DNA from: Methanococcus maripaludis
Lineage (GTDB): Archaea > AGJL01 > Methanococci > Methanococcales > Methanococcaceae
DNA: 32,000 bases
NCBI RefSeq assembly: GCF_002945325.1
Contig: NZ_CP026606.1
Location: 1,080,001 to 1,112,000, forward strand
Reading direction: 5' to 3'
The translations under genes were made by a program, and so were the position numbers. The notes beneath the pieces were generated by a model. The model ran no database searches, was not told where the DNA came from, and saw only the letters and a program-made list of their open reading frames with translations. This document shows, piece by piece, positions 8,658 to 18,910 of this stretch (its first letter is position 1; each line of letters starts with the position of its first letter).

Positions 8658-11600
8658 TTAATAATTCATATTCATTTTTCTTTTTTTAATGAGTTCTGCT
8701 ATTTCTGAACTTACATAAGGATTTGAACTCGTTTCAAAGGTTTTTAATTCATCAAATAAATAATCAGGTATTTTATCGATTCCTTTTATTTTAAAGAATT
8801 TTATCAGGAAGAGTTTAGAATCGTCATTTGATGTTTTAAGATACTCAATAATTTGTTTGCTGACCTTTTCAAGCATTTCAAGGTTATCCTCAAAGTTGCA
8901 TGAGTAAATTACTTCAAGAGCTTTTTTAAAGATTATCCATTTTTTATCGTCACTTATTAATTCTAAAACTTTTTTAGAAATTTCAGGATGCTCTGTGCAT
9001 TTAACATTTAATTTTACCATGCTGGCAAGCGTTTCTAACGCTTCAACCTGTATTTGCGGTTCATTTTCATCGAGAAGTTTTGAAATAAGTGGTAAGTATT
9101 CTTCAAAATTTTCAGCATTTAAAACTGATTCTTCAAACCAAGAAGTTTTTTTAGTTATTATCACTTTTAAACATTCAAGTCCCTTATACGCTAATAACGG
9201 GTATTTCTCATTGAAAATTATTTTGAAAATGTTATTAAGTACTGATTTTTTGTATTTTCCAAGTTCGTACATTAAATTAGTATCACCGGATTTTAAATTG
9301 GCTTTAAAAATATCCAGTAAAATTATCGTAATAATTAGTGAATTTCTTTCAGAGTTAAGGATGCTAAATTTCATAAAATCAAAGAATTCAAGATCCACGT
9401 AGTTTAGTGTTTTATAATCATGTGTTAACAGGTATTTTAGTGAAAAATAAATCTCTTGCCAGGTTTGATTTTTGATATCGACAACTTCTGACTCAAAGTT
9501 ATTTTCCAAGATATAATTTTCAAGCTCCTGTTTTTCTTCAAATATTTTTTTAGATTCTTCTGTATCGATTTTTTCAAGTATTTTTAAAGATAGTGATGTG
9601 ATTTTCGGGGTTGCTTGCGGATATATCACAAACTCTTTTATTTTTCGAGTAATTCTTTCGCTGATTTTATAGCCTTCCAAAATGTATTCAAAAATTTCAT
9701 TTACTGCATTTATACGCCTTGAAATTATCATTTCGTTTAAATTCCCATATATAATTGCTTCACGCGGTTTTGGAACTTCTGAAAATTTATTTTTGAGTCT
9801 ATTTAATAACTCGCCTGCGATTTCAAAGTCTTTTTTAAGTTTAAATAATTCATGAAATAAGTCAAAATATTCTTCAGTTAATTCCTGCATTTCAATGAAT
9901 TCTAGGATTTTTACGATATTTTCGCTATCTTCTGATCTAATGTAACTTTTTAATTTTACTTTAAGTCTGATTACTACTGATTTATTAAGTTCAGGATGAT
10001 TCAGCGCTTTTTCAAGTGTTTTAAACTTTTCTTCCAGATTTTTAGATTCATAACCAATTAATTCTTTTGATTCTGGAATCATTTTTAAAGTATCTTCGCA
10101 GATTGTTCGAATAATAGTAAAATGGTCTGTAAAATATTTTGTTGCAAGGGCACCTTGTAATTTAGAACTTATTTCGGAATTTTTCAAAATTTCAGGATAT
10201 TTTTTGATTAATTTGTTATAAAAAATTGCACAATCCTGCCTTATTTCCATATTTGGATCATCAAGACATGCAATGGATTCGATTATTAATTTTTTTGGAA
10301 TTTTAAATCCTCTTTCAAGAATGATCTGAAGAATCCATGCGCCAATAGATCTTACTAGATACACTCGATCGGCAAGAATTGTCTGTATTAAATCTTGTTT
10401 ATAATCTATTTCGCTTGGAAATGCATACAGCAAATTTCCAATTTTTTTTCCAATTTCAAACCTATAAAGCCAGTCTTCGTTTTTAAACTCTTTTTCAAGG
10501 TTTTTAAACTGTTCGATTGCCCGGTTTTTTGGAAGTTCACTGTATTCGATCATGAGGTCTTCATCAAAATACATATTTTTTTCAGGGCTTAATAAATCAT
10601 AACGCCCCAAATTTACAAGCAATCTCGTTCCACTATAATAATTTAGGTTGTTTTTTCTGAATAGCTTTCCAAGGTCATTATTTTCAAGAACTTTTTCAAT
10701 ACGTAAATTCAATTCATCATTATTTAACAAAACAAAAGAATTCAGCATTTCAAATCCATAAAAGCTTATTAAGTAGTTTTCGTGTGTTAAATATTCTTTA
10801 ACTGGATTTTCGATTAGTTTTAAACATTTTTTAGTATCCATTTCTAAATTCATGTCAATTGTTAGGTATGAAAAAGCAAGCATTGCATTTATTGCAGTAA
10901 TTTCATCCGATCCATATAATTTATCACTGATTAAAGAATGCACATCTAATTCGTTTTTTGATTGAATTAAATTTTTTAATGACTTTTGGTGTTTTTTAAG
11001 AGTAATTGCAGAAAGCAGTGCGATTCTATAATCTGCATCGTCCACATATTCTAAAATAAATAATAATTCGTCATTTTTAATCTCATTTTTTAGATTAAGA
11101 ATTACAAGTTTTTTAAGTAAATCATTTTCAGCATTTAGGTTATCTTCATTAGCATCTGGCGATTCTATCAAAAATTTTAAGTCTTTAATAATTGATTTAG
11201 GAATGTTTTCAAATTCATCAAGTATTGCTTGAGACAAAATCCTCAAAAGTTCTGAGCGAGAATAAAGCGAAATCATCGAAAGTTCGGGAAGTGAGTTTTT
11301 AAGGTACCTTGGAGAGTGCATTGATACAAAACCAAGTACTAAAAGTGCCCGTGCAACTTCAAAATTATTTTTCGAGTATAACTTTGAATTATAATGAACT
11401 ACAAGGTTATCGATTACCTTTGGATTTATTGAATCAATAATCTGTCTTGAAAATTCTTTTACCAGGTGGTTTGAAAATTCAGTATTGATATAAACGTGTA
11501 TTAAAAGTTTTTCGGCTTTTTTAGGATATTTTAAAAGAATAACTTTTATGGAACTAAGTAAATTTAGTAAAACTGCGATATTTGGGTCCGAATTTAATAT

Positions 11601-11747
11601 CACAATTTTTTGCATTCTTTCGTCAAGTGCCTGTTCATCAAGCAATCCTAAAATTTTTGCAGCTTCTGTTTTATCTTTATAATTATCAGACTCAATATAT
11701 TTATCAAAAAGTGCTGCAAGGTCGTTTTTATCCGTGCTTTGGTACAT
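8658..11747 (-). CDS. Very large HEAT/ARM-like helical repeat protein, 1029 aa, unknown function (paralogue B)
   Basis: Uninterrupted 1029-aa ORF starting MYQSTDKNDLAALFDKYI with RBS AGGGG upstream. Repeated helix pairs, for example 'DDPNMEIRQDCAIFYNKLIKKYPEIL' and 'DENEPQIQVEALETLASMVKLN'. Shares alignable blocks with the 11750-14833 product. No catalytic motif recognised. Confidence 0.8.
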   Translation of the reverse strand: MYQSTDKNDLAALFDKYIESDNYKDKTEAAKILGLLDEQALDERMQKIVILNSDPNIAVLLNLLSSIKVILLKYPKKAEKLLIHVYINTEFSNHLVKEFSRQIIDSINPKVIDNLVVHYNSKLYSKNNFEVARALLVLGFVSMHSPRYLKNSLPELSMISLYSRSELLRILSQAILDEFENIPKSIIKDLKFLIESPDANEDNLNAENDLLKKLVILNLKNEIKNDELLFILEYVDDADYRIALLSAITLKKHQKSLKNLIQSKNELDVHSLISDKLYGSDEITAINAMLAFSYLTIDMNLEMDTKKCLKLIENPVKEYLTHENYLISFYGFEMLNSFVLLNNDELNLRIEKVLENNDLGKLFRKNNLNYYSGTRLLVNLGRYDLLSPEKNMYFDEDLMIEYSELPKNRAIEQFKNLEKEFKNEDWLYRFEIGKKIGNLLYAFPSEIDYKQDLIQTILADRVYLVRSIGAWILQIILERGFKIPKKLIIESIACLDDPNMEIRQDCAIFYNKLIKKYPEILKNSEISSKLQGALATKYFTDHFTIIRTICEDTLKMIPESKELIGYESKNLEEKFKTLEKALNHPELNKSVVIRLKVKLKSYIRSEDSENIVKILEFIEMQELTEEYFDLFHELFKLKKDFEIAGELLNRLKNKFSEVPKPREAIIYGNLNEMIISRRINAVNEIFEYILEGYKISERITRKIKEFVIYPQATPKITSLSLKILEKIDTEESKKIFEEKQELENYILENNFESEVVDIKNQTWQEIYFSLKYLLTHDYKTLNYVDLEFFDFMKFSILNSERNSLIITIILLDIFKANLKSGDTNLMYELGKYKKSVLNNIFKIIFNEKYPLLAYKGLECLKVIITKKTSWFEESVLNAENFEEYLPLISKLLDENEPQIQVEALETLASMVKLNVKCTEHPEISKKVLELISDDKKWIIFKKALEVIYSCNFEDNLEMLEKVSKQIIEYLKTSNDDSKLFLIKFFKIKGIDKIPDYLFDELKTFETSSNPYVSSEIAELIKKRKMNMNY

Positions 11748-11749
11748 AT

Positions 11750-14700
11750 TCAGCCCCTTAATTTGATTTTCATGGATTCTATTTCTTCAATATCTCTTTT
11801 AATATCGTAATTTTTAGAATTTTTCAGATTTAAAAGTTGAGCTACTAAATTGCTGTTTAATCTTGATATATCTTGAATTTTAAAGAATCTCAACAGTATT
11901 AACTTAGAGTCATCGTTTGAATTTTCGATTTTTTCAAGTAAAAGTTTGGAAAACCTGTTTAACATTTTTTCGTCCATTTCGTAATTTCCAAGTACCTTTA
12001 CAATTTTTTTGAAATTTTCCCAGTTTGATGTATCTAGCCGGTTTACAAGTTTTTCAAGAAACTCTGAGGATAAATCAAACGAATTTGAATTTTTGGCGTA
12101 ATAATTAAATGCATTTATAGTTTCCTCGAGTACTTTATCGTCAGGATAATCTAAAAGTGAATTTAAAAATAATGGCCAATTTTTACTTTTATTTTCAGAA
12201 ACATTGGTTATATTCCTTAATAACCATTCAGGTTTATGTTTAACAATTTCTACAGTTAATATAATTGCATTTTTTGATAATATTTCGTAATCGGTTGAAT
12301 AAATCAAATAATATAAATTTTCAAGGACTTTTGGATTATCTATATCAGGACTGTTTAATATATTTGAATTTGGGTCAGTTATAACATTTTTTAGGATTTT
12401 TAATATCATTGTTGTCAGGATTACTGATGGACGTTTTGAATAATCTGATAAAAAGTACAAAATATCGTTAAAATTAATGGATTGGTAGTCATATTCTGAA
12501 GTTTTATGCAGTTGGCTGCTTAATTTTACATAGAGCTCTTCAGTGGTCATTTTTTTAATGTTTTCATCAGATTTTTCTTTAATATCTTTTAAGTCGTTCA
12601 AATGAGTATCAAATTCTCTTTTTTCAAAAATCAGTCTTTTACTTTCGATATCTTTTTGTAAATTTAGTATATTTATGCAGAGGTCAGTCAGTTTTTCATC
12701 CCTGTACATTACTAAAATTTCCTTTATTTTAAGGCCTATACCGTTATTAATCTTAAATCCTTCATTTAAATACGTAATAATCTCTTCCAGCCCATCTTTT
12801 TTATATTCCGGGATAGGGTTATTCAGGCTGTTTAATATCCTGATTTCAAGAGGTTTTGGAATTAATTTGTACCTATTTTTTATGTTATTTAAAAAATAAT
12901 TCGCATCTTGATAAGTATCTTTCAATTTTACGAGTTCTTCCAAAAGATAGGAACAATCAACTTTTGATTCATGCGTTTTTAGGAATGTTAATACTTTTAA
13001 AATATTTTTTTCATCATTTTTTAGTATGTAACTATCAAGGTTTATTTTTAATTTTTCTAAAAATGCAGCAGAAGTTACCGGGTTTTCAAATAACTGTTCT
13101 GAATATAATTCCCCGCTTAGTTCCTCCTGAAACTTTTTTGGAGTATTTTCTAAATTTTTTAATATTTTATCCAGTATACTTTTTATCGCTATTTTGAAAG
13201 GAGGATAATTTTCATTTACGTAGTGACTCCCCAATATTGATTTAATTTTTGAAGCAGTGTTAAATTCAGTTAACAGTTCTGGACGTTTTTCCAGTAATTC
13301 ATTTAATAAAAGGTAATATTCAAACCTTAATTCCCAGTATGGACTGTTTAAATCGTGAATTACTTCTAAAATAATCCTTTCAGGAAGTTTTATGTTGTAT
13401 TTTACAAGTATTCGAAGTATCCATATTCCAATATTTCTTACAAGATATATTTCGTCATGGAGGATACTTTTTACAAGTTCAAAATTCATAAACTCTTTTG
13501 ATTCATCAAAATATAATGCACTTCCAATTTTTTTTGCCCCATTATATCGTTCAAGCCAGTAATCACTTTTAATATTCTTTTCGGCTGATTTTATGTAATG
13601 TTGGCGTTCTGTCGGGGCCATATACTGCATTTTTAATTCAAGAGACCGGATTAGATACGGATTTTTGTCAACTTCCGGCAAAGTATTATATTTTTCGGCC
13701 AAAAGAGGCATTCCAAAGTAGTAGCAAAGCGGATGTTCTTTCAATATATTTTCAAAAGGATAATTATCAAAAATTTCATCAATTTCTTCATCCAGATTCA
13801 ATTTTTCCATTTTGTGTAGCAAATAGAGAATGATTAAAGAGAATGCTTTTGAAATGTGGTCTTTTCCAGAAATATTCTTTTTTAAATAATAAAATATTTT
13901 TTCAAAATCCACGTTTTCAATTTCTAAATTTAAAGAATGGGTTATATCTAAAATTAAGGAATAAGAAATCAGCTGTTGAACATTGTTTGGATGTTTTTTG
14001 TAAAATTTTGAGAGTTGGTCTTGAAATATTAACGGATATTCTTCAAAATTTTTTTCAACTTTTAAAATATTATTTTGAAGGGATATGGCTGCAAGCAGTG
14101 TACAAAAATCGTTTTCAATTGATAAATACTTCAACAACTCATTTATTGTATTTTCATCGATTTCGTCTGAAACTGTAAGTCTGATCAATGATTTAGTGAT
14201 TTCAGCGCCGGTTTTTGATTTATTTAATGGTGTTATATCCATTTTTTTATTAAAAACGAGGTAGGAATATCTTAAAAAGTTTCTATTAAGTTCTGAAAAA
14301 TCGTCAAGGGTTCCAAGTGCAAGCAACTGTATTAATGCAGATGAATCATAAGTAGACGCCATTACAATCTCAGATAATGCTTTATCCAAATATTCCGGGC
14401 TGAATCTAGATATTAACGAAAGTAATATAACTGATTTTAATCTTTCTTCAGTATTTTTTGAATAAATTCCGTTTCGAAAGTGTTCAACGTGTCTTTCGAT
14501 TACTTCGGGTCCTAGTGCTTTTATTTCGTTTTTTGCATGTTCTGATAAAATATTATTTGAAAATTCGGTATTGTAGTAGATACAACCAATTAATTCGCTA
14601 AAAACTTCCGGAAATTTGTTTAAAATATTTGAAAAAGCAGTTATTAAATTTAGCCGTATTGAAATGTCATTTTCAAAAGTAAGGCTTAAAATATTATCCA

Positions 14701-14833
14701 TTCTACTTTTAATGTCGTTTATTCCGAGGTATCCCAATATTTTGGTCGATTCTGCTCTTTTTTTAATATCTTCTGAAGTAATATACTCATCAAATTTTTC
14801 TAACAATTCTTCTTTAGACAGTTCTCTATACAT
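11750..14833 (-). CDS. Very large HEAT/ARM-like helical repeat protein, about 1027 aa, unknown function (paralogue A)
   Basis: ORF track start is 14866 (MILFESFFGEAMYREL...). The internal ATG 14833 has GGTGA upstream ('ttttggtgaagccatg') and its product 'MYRELSKEELLEKFDEYI' aligns with 'MYQSTDKNDLAALFDKYI' of the neighbour. Ends 2 nt before the downstream gene's start codon. Confidence 0.8.
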   Translation of the reverse strand: MYRELSKEELLEKFDEYITSEDIKKRAESTKILGYLGINDIKSRMDNILSLTFENDISIRLNLITAFSNILNKFPEVFSELIGCIYYNTEFSNNILSEHAKNEIKALGPEVIERHVEHFRNGIYSKNTEERLKSVILLSLISRFSPEYLDKALSEIVMASTYDSSALIQLLALGTLDDFSELNRNFLRYSYLVFNKKMDITPLNKSKTGAEITKSLIRLTVSDEIDENTINELLKYLSIENDFCTLLAAISLQNNILKVEKNFEEYPLIFQDQLSKFYKKHPNNVQQLISYSLILDITHSLNLEIENVDFEKIFYYLKKNISGKDHISKAFSLIILYLLHKMEKLNLDEEIDEIFDNYPFENILKEHPLCYYFGMPLLAEKYNTLPEVDKNPYLIRSLELKMQYMAPTERQHYIKSAEKNIKSDYWLERYNGAKKIGSALYFDESKEFMNFELVKSILHDEIYLVRNIGIWILRILVKYNIKLPERIILEVIHDLNSPYWELRFEYYLLLNELLEKRPELLTEFNTASKIKSILGSHYVNENYPPFKIAIKSILDKILKNLENTPKKFQEELSGELYSEQLFENPVTSAAFLEKLKINLDSYILKNDEKNILKVLTFLKTHESKVDCSYLLEELVKLKDTYQDANYFLNNIKNRYKLIPKPLEIRILNSLNNPIPEYKKDGLEEIITYLNEGFKINNGIGLKIKEILVMYRDEKLTDLCINILNLQKDIESKRLIFEKREFDTHLNDLKDIKEKSDENIKKMTTEELYVKLSSQLHKTSEYDYQSINFNDILYFLSDYSKRPSVILTTMILKILKNVITDPNSNILNSPDIDNPKVLENLYYLIYSTDYEILSKNAIILTVEIVKHKPEWLLRNITNVSENKSKNWPLFLNSLLDYPDDKVLEETINAFNYYAKNSNSFDLSSEFLEKLVNRLDTSNWENFKKIVKVLGNYEMDEKMLNRFSKLLLEKIENSNDDSKLILLRFFKIQDISRLNSNLVAQLLNLKNSKNYDIKRDIEEIESMKIKLRG

Positions 14834-14963
14834 GGCTTCACCAAAAAAAGACTCAAATAAAATCAAAAATATCGAGTTAAAACTATCGTTATTACTTTCT
14901 CTTTTCCTACATATATCAACATTTCCATAATTTCTGTTTAAGGGCTGTTTTAAAAAATCCTTT

Positions 14964-14977
14964 AAAATATATTTTAG
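14964..14977 (-). promoter_or_regulatory. Possible TATA region for the helical-repeat operon (TAAAATATATTTTA)
   Basis: 14-nt perfect palindrome of TATA-like composition in the divergent intergenic region, about 130 nt upstream of the 14833 start. Confidence 0.25.
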
Positions 14978-15090
14978 GCCAAAATCTCTTTAAAAAAGTC
15001 TTTTTAAGACATGGGTAATCACTATCAATTACTAATTTTGCTCAAATAATATCATTAATTATAAAGTATTACTTCTGAAATTATCTCGTA

Positions 15091-15105
15091 ATGTATATAT
15101 AATTT
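15091..15105 (+). promoter_or_regulatory. Putative TATA box for the wtpA-like gene
   Basis: 'gtatatataattttt' lies about 45-55 nt upstream of TTG 15149. The predicted transcript start falls near 15120-15130. Confidence 0.4.
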
Positions 15106-15109
15106 TTAA

Positions 15110-16189
<1,080 letters not shown>

Positions 16190-16197
16190 TTAAAATC

Positions 16198-16220
16198 CCC
16201 TATTTTTTTTCGCATTTTTT
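16198..16220 (+). terminator. Oligo-T terminator-like stretch
   Basis: Two T-runs (tattttttt...cgcatttttt) directly after the wtpA stop. Archaeal intrinsic termination is typically poly-T driven. Confidence 0.4.
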
Positions 16221-16271
16221 AATTTTAAACATATGTGCGAAATTATTATTTCACGTTGTTTTGGTGATACT

Positions 16272-17075
16272 TTGAAAAAAATATTAGTGCTAGGACTTGT
16301 TGGAGTTTTACTCCTAACGTGTTTTTCGGGCTGTACTGACAATTCGGCAGATGCAGGTTCTGAAAAGATATACGATGGTAAAACATTGAGATTATGCTGT
16401 GGAGCAGGTCTGATGAAACCTATGAATGATATAATTGCTAACTTTGAAAATGAAACTGGAGCAAAAGTTCAGGTTCATTATGGTGGAAGCGCTGAATTAT
16501 TCGGCGTTTTAACAACAACGGGTGAATGTGACGTATTTATTCCTGGTGCATACAAATATACCCAAGACGCAATGAACGGCGGATACATATTAAATGAAAC
16601 TGTTTTAACCGTAGTTGACCACGTTCCTGTGATCGCAGTTCCTCAAGGAAATCCTAAAAATGTGCAGTCTCTTGAAGATTTGGCAAGAGATGATGTAAAA
16701 GTTGTTTTAGGGGATCCACAAGCATGTGCTATCGGAAAAACTGCTAAAAGCATATGTGAAAAGAACGGTGTATGGGAAGATGTAAATTCAAATGTTGAAG
16801 TTTTCACGCCTACTGTAAACCAGCTTTTAATATATGAAGCAACAGGGCAGGCAGATGCAACTATAATTTGGGAAGACATGGTTACATGGGCAGAATCTGA
16901 AGGAAAAATTGTAGTTATTCAAATACCTAAAGATCAAAACACCATAAAAACAATTCCAACAGCAGTTACCACAATGGCAGAAGATGTTGAAGTTGCAAAA
17001 GCTTTCAATGATTATGTAGTTTCCGAAGAATCGTTAGAAATCTGGCAGAACTGGGGTTTTAATCCATGCAACTGA
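16272..17075 (+). CDS. modA: Molybdate-type ABC transporter substrate-binding lipoprotein, ModA family
   Basis: 'LRLCCGAGLMKPMNDIIANFENETGAKVQVHYGGSAELFGVLTTTGECDVFIPGA', 'PVIAVPQGNPKNVQSLEDLAR', 'ATIIWEDM'. ORF track start is 16233; TTG 16272 with GGTGAT upstream gives a clean lipoprotein signal (MKKILVLGLVGVLLLTCFSGC). Confidence 0.85.
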   Translation: MKKILVLGLVGVLLLTCFSGCTDNSADAGSEKIYDGKTLRLCCGAGLMKPMNDIIANFENETGAKVQVHYGGSAELFGVLTTTGECDVFIPGAYKYTQDAMNGGYILNETVLTVVDHVPVIAVPQGNPKNVQSLEDLARDDVKVVLGDPQACAIGKTAKSICEKNGVWEDVNSNVEVFTPTVNQLLIYEATGQADATIIWEDMVTWAESEGKIVVIQIPKDQNTIKTIPTAVTTMAEDVEVAKAFNDYVVSEESLEIWQNWGFNPCN

Positions 17076-17848
17076 TTAGTTTTAAAAAAATGTCAATATT
17101 TCTGACATTTTTGTTTACCTTTTTACTATTTTTATCGATAAGTTCACTTATTTTAGTTCCAAAGTTTGAAGATGTTTTGAGTTCAATTTTTAATCCAGAA
17201 ATGATTTATTCACTTAAAGTATCGTTATATTCCTCTTTAATTTCAACAGGAATTGTTTTGGGTTTTTCAATACCTACAGGCTACGCCATATCGAGGTATT
17301 CATTTCCTGGAAAAAGCATTGTAAAAGCAATACTTGATTTACCTATAGCTTTTCCTGAACTTGTACTGGGCCTTGCACTTTTACTTTTATTCGGGCAAAC
17401 TTTTATCGGAGACATTTTAGAATTTTTTGGAATAAAAGTAGTATTTACTAAACTAGGAATAGTTGTAGCTCAGATTTTTACCGCACTTCCCTATGCAATA
17501 AGGATAGTATGTTCTACTTTTCAGGATATTAATCCAAGATACGAACTTGTTTCAAGAAGCCTTGGATACAGCGAGTTTGAAACTTTTAAAAATGTTACCC
17601 TGCCAATGGCAAGAAGCGGGATTTTTGCTTCATCTATAATCGCGTTTGCAAGGTGTATGGGTACGTTTGGAACGGTTTTGATGCTTGCAGGTGGAACGTA
17701 CATGTACACAGAAACGCTTCCAATAACTTTGTACCTAAACATGTCATACGGTAATCTTGGAATGGCGATTTCAAGCGGAATTGTGCTTTTAATGATATCA
17801 TTTATCGCGATTTTGATATTTGAGAAATACGAAGGAGGGAAATTTTGA
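17066..17848 (+). CDS. modB: Molybdate/tungstate ABC transporter permease
   Basis: 'SLYSSLISTGIVLGFSIPTGYAISRY', 'LDLPIAFPELVLGLALLLLFG' and the EAA-like loop 'RSLGYSEFETFKNVTLPMARSGIFAS'. Overlaps the preceding gene by 10 bp. Confidence 0.88.
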   Translation: MQLISFKKMSIFLTFLFTFLLFLSISSLILVPKFEDVLSSIFNPEMIYSLKVSLYSSLISTGIVLGFSIPTGYAISRYSFPGKSIVKAILDLPIAFPELVLGLALLLLFGQTFIGDILEFFGIKVVFTKLGIVVAQIFTALPYAIRIVCSTFQDINPRYELVSRSLGYSEFETFKNVTLPMARSGIFASSIIAFARCMGTFGTVLMLAGGTYMYTETLPITLYLNMSYGNLGMAISSGIVLLMISFIAILIFEKYEGGKF

Positions 17849-18906
17849 GTTTCGTTAAAATTGAAAACTTGAATATCAATCTGGGCGAATTTAAGTTAGA
17901 AGACGTTAATTTAAGCGTTGAAAAAGGAGATTATGTAACAATAATCGGGCCAACAGGTAGTGGAAAATCTATTCTTTTAGAAACTGCACTTGGATTTTAT
18001 ACTCCTGAAACTGGAAAGATATTTTTGGAAGAAAAAGAGATAACAAACTTAAATCCTGAAAAAAGAGATATAAGTATAATTTATCAAGATTATGCACTGT
18101 TTCCGCACATGACGGTTTATGAAAATATTGAATACGGTCTTAAAAAACGGTTGAATGACAAAAAAGCCATAAAAGAGGAAATTCTTCAAATAACAAAAAT
18201 GCTTGGAATTGATCATCTGTTAAACCGAAAACCTGAAACACTGAGTGGTGGGGAAATGCAGAGGGCATCCATTGCAAGAGGGCTTATCATAAAGCCAAAA
18301 ATCCTGTTTATGGACGAACCATTCAGTGCTCTGGATGTTAAAACTAAAGAAAAGATAAGAATTCTTGTTAAAACTGCGATAAAAAAATATGGAACAACGG
18401 TACTCCATGTAACACACGATTTTGAAGATATTTGGAGTCTTGCAGATAAAGTCTTGATAATGAAGGGCGGTAGGGTTTATCAGTACGGAACTCCTGAAGA
18501 AGTATTTTCAAATCCTTCATCTGAAATTGTTGCAGATTTTGTTGGTACAAACATTTTGGATTCAAAAGTGGAAGAAATATCTGGAAATATTTCAATTTTG
18601 GATGTTTCCGGAGTAAAAATATATTCTTCAGACATTGCAAAAGTCGGCGAGAATGTAAAAGTATCAATAAGGCCCGAAAATATAATCGTTGCTTTAAAGT
18701 GTTTTGACAGCTCCGCAAAAAACGTATTCAATGGAAAAGTTACTGAAATTAAAAAAAGAGGACACTTGGTCTGGTTAACACTGGATATCGGCGGTGTTGA
18801 TTTAAAAGTACTTGTTACACCAAATTCTCTTGAAGCTTTGGAAATTGAAGAAAATAAAAATTTATGTGTGATGTTTAAAGCAACAGGCGTTAAAATAATA
18901 AGATAA
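17845..18906 (+). CDS. modC: Molybdate/tungstate ABC transporter ATP-binding protein
   Basis: Walker A 'GPTGSGKS', signature 'LSGGEMQRASIARGL', Walker B 'ILFMDEPFSALD', H-loop 'THDFED', and a C-terminal TOBE-like domain. Overlaps the permease stop. Confidence 0.92.
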   Translation: MSFVKIENLNINLGEFKLEDVNLSVEKGDYVTIIGPTGSGKSILLETALGFYTPETGKIFLEEKEITNLNPEKRDISIIYQDYALFPHMTVYENIEYGLKKRLNDKKAIKEEILQITKMLGIDHLLNRKPETLSGGEMQRASIARGLIIKPKILFMDEPFSALDVKTKEKIRILVKTAIKKYGTTVLHVTHDFEDIWSLADKVLIMKGGRVYQYGTPEEVFSNPSSEIVADFVGTNILDSKVEEISGNISILDVSGVKIYSSDIAKVGENVKVSIRPENIIVALKCFDSSAKNVFNGKVTEIKKRGHLVWLTLDIGGVDLKVLVTPNSLEALEIEENKNLCVMFKATGVKIIR

Positions 18907-18910
18907 TAAT

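Noticed and set aside
8995-14178. ORFs 8995..9402, 10395..10592, 12675..12899, 12856..13197 and 13843..14178 (+)
   Set aside because: Antisense to the two giant repeat genes. Phe/Leu/Ser-rich shadow ORFs with no RBS.
8658-14833. Reading the giant repeat proteins as a defence system (e.g. large scaffold plus effector)
   Set aside because: No nuclease, NTPase, protease, deaminase or TIR motif was found in either protein. Neighbours are pdxT and a Mo/W transporter. Unknown function is supported; a defence role is not.
14616-14930. ORF 14616..14930 (+)
   Set aside because: Mostly antisense to the start of the repeat gene; translation looks like a shadow.
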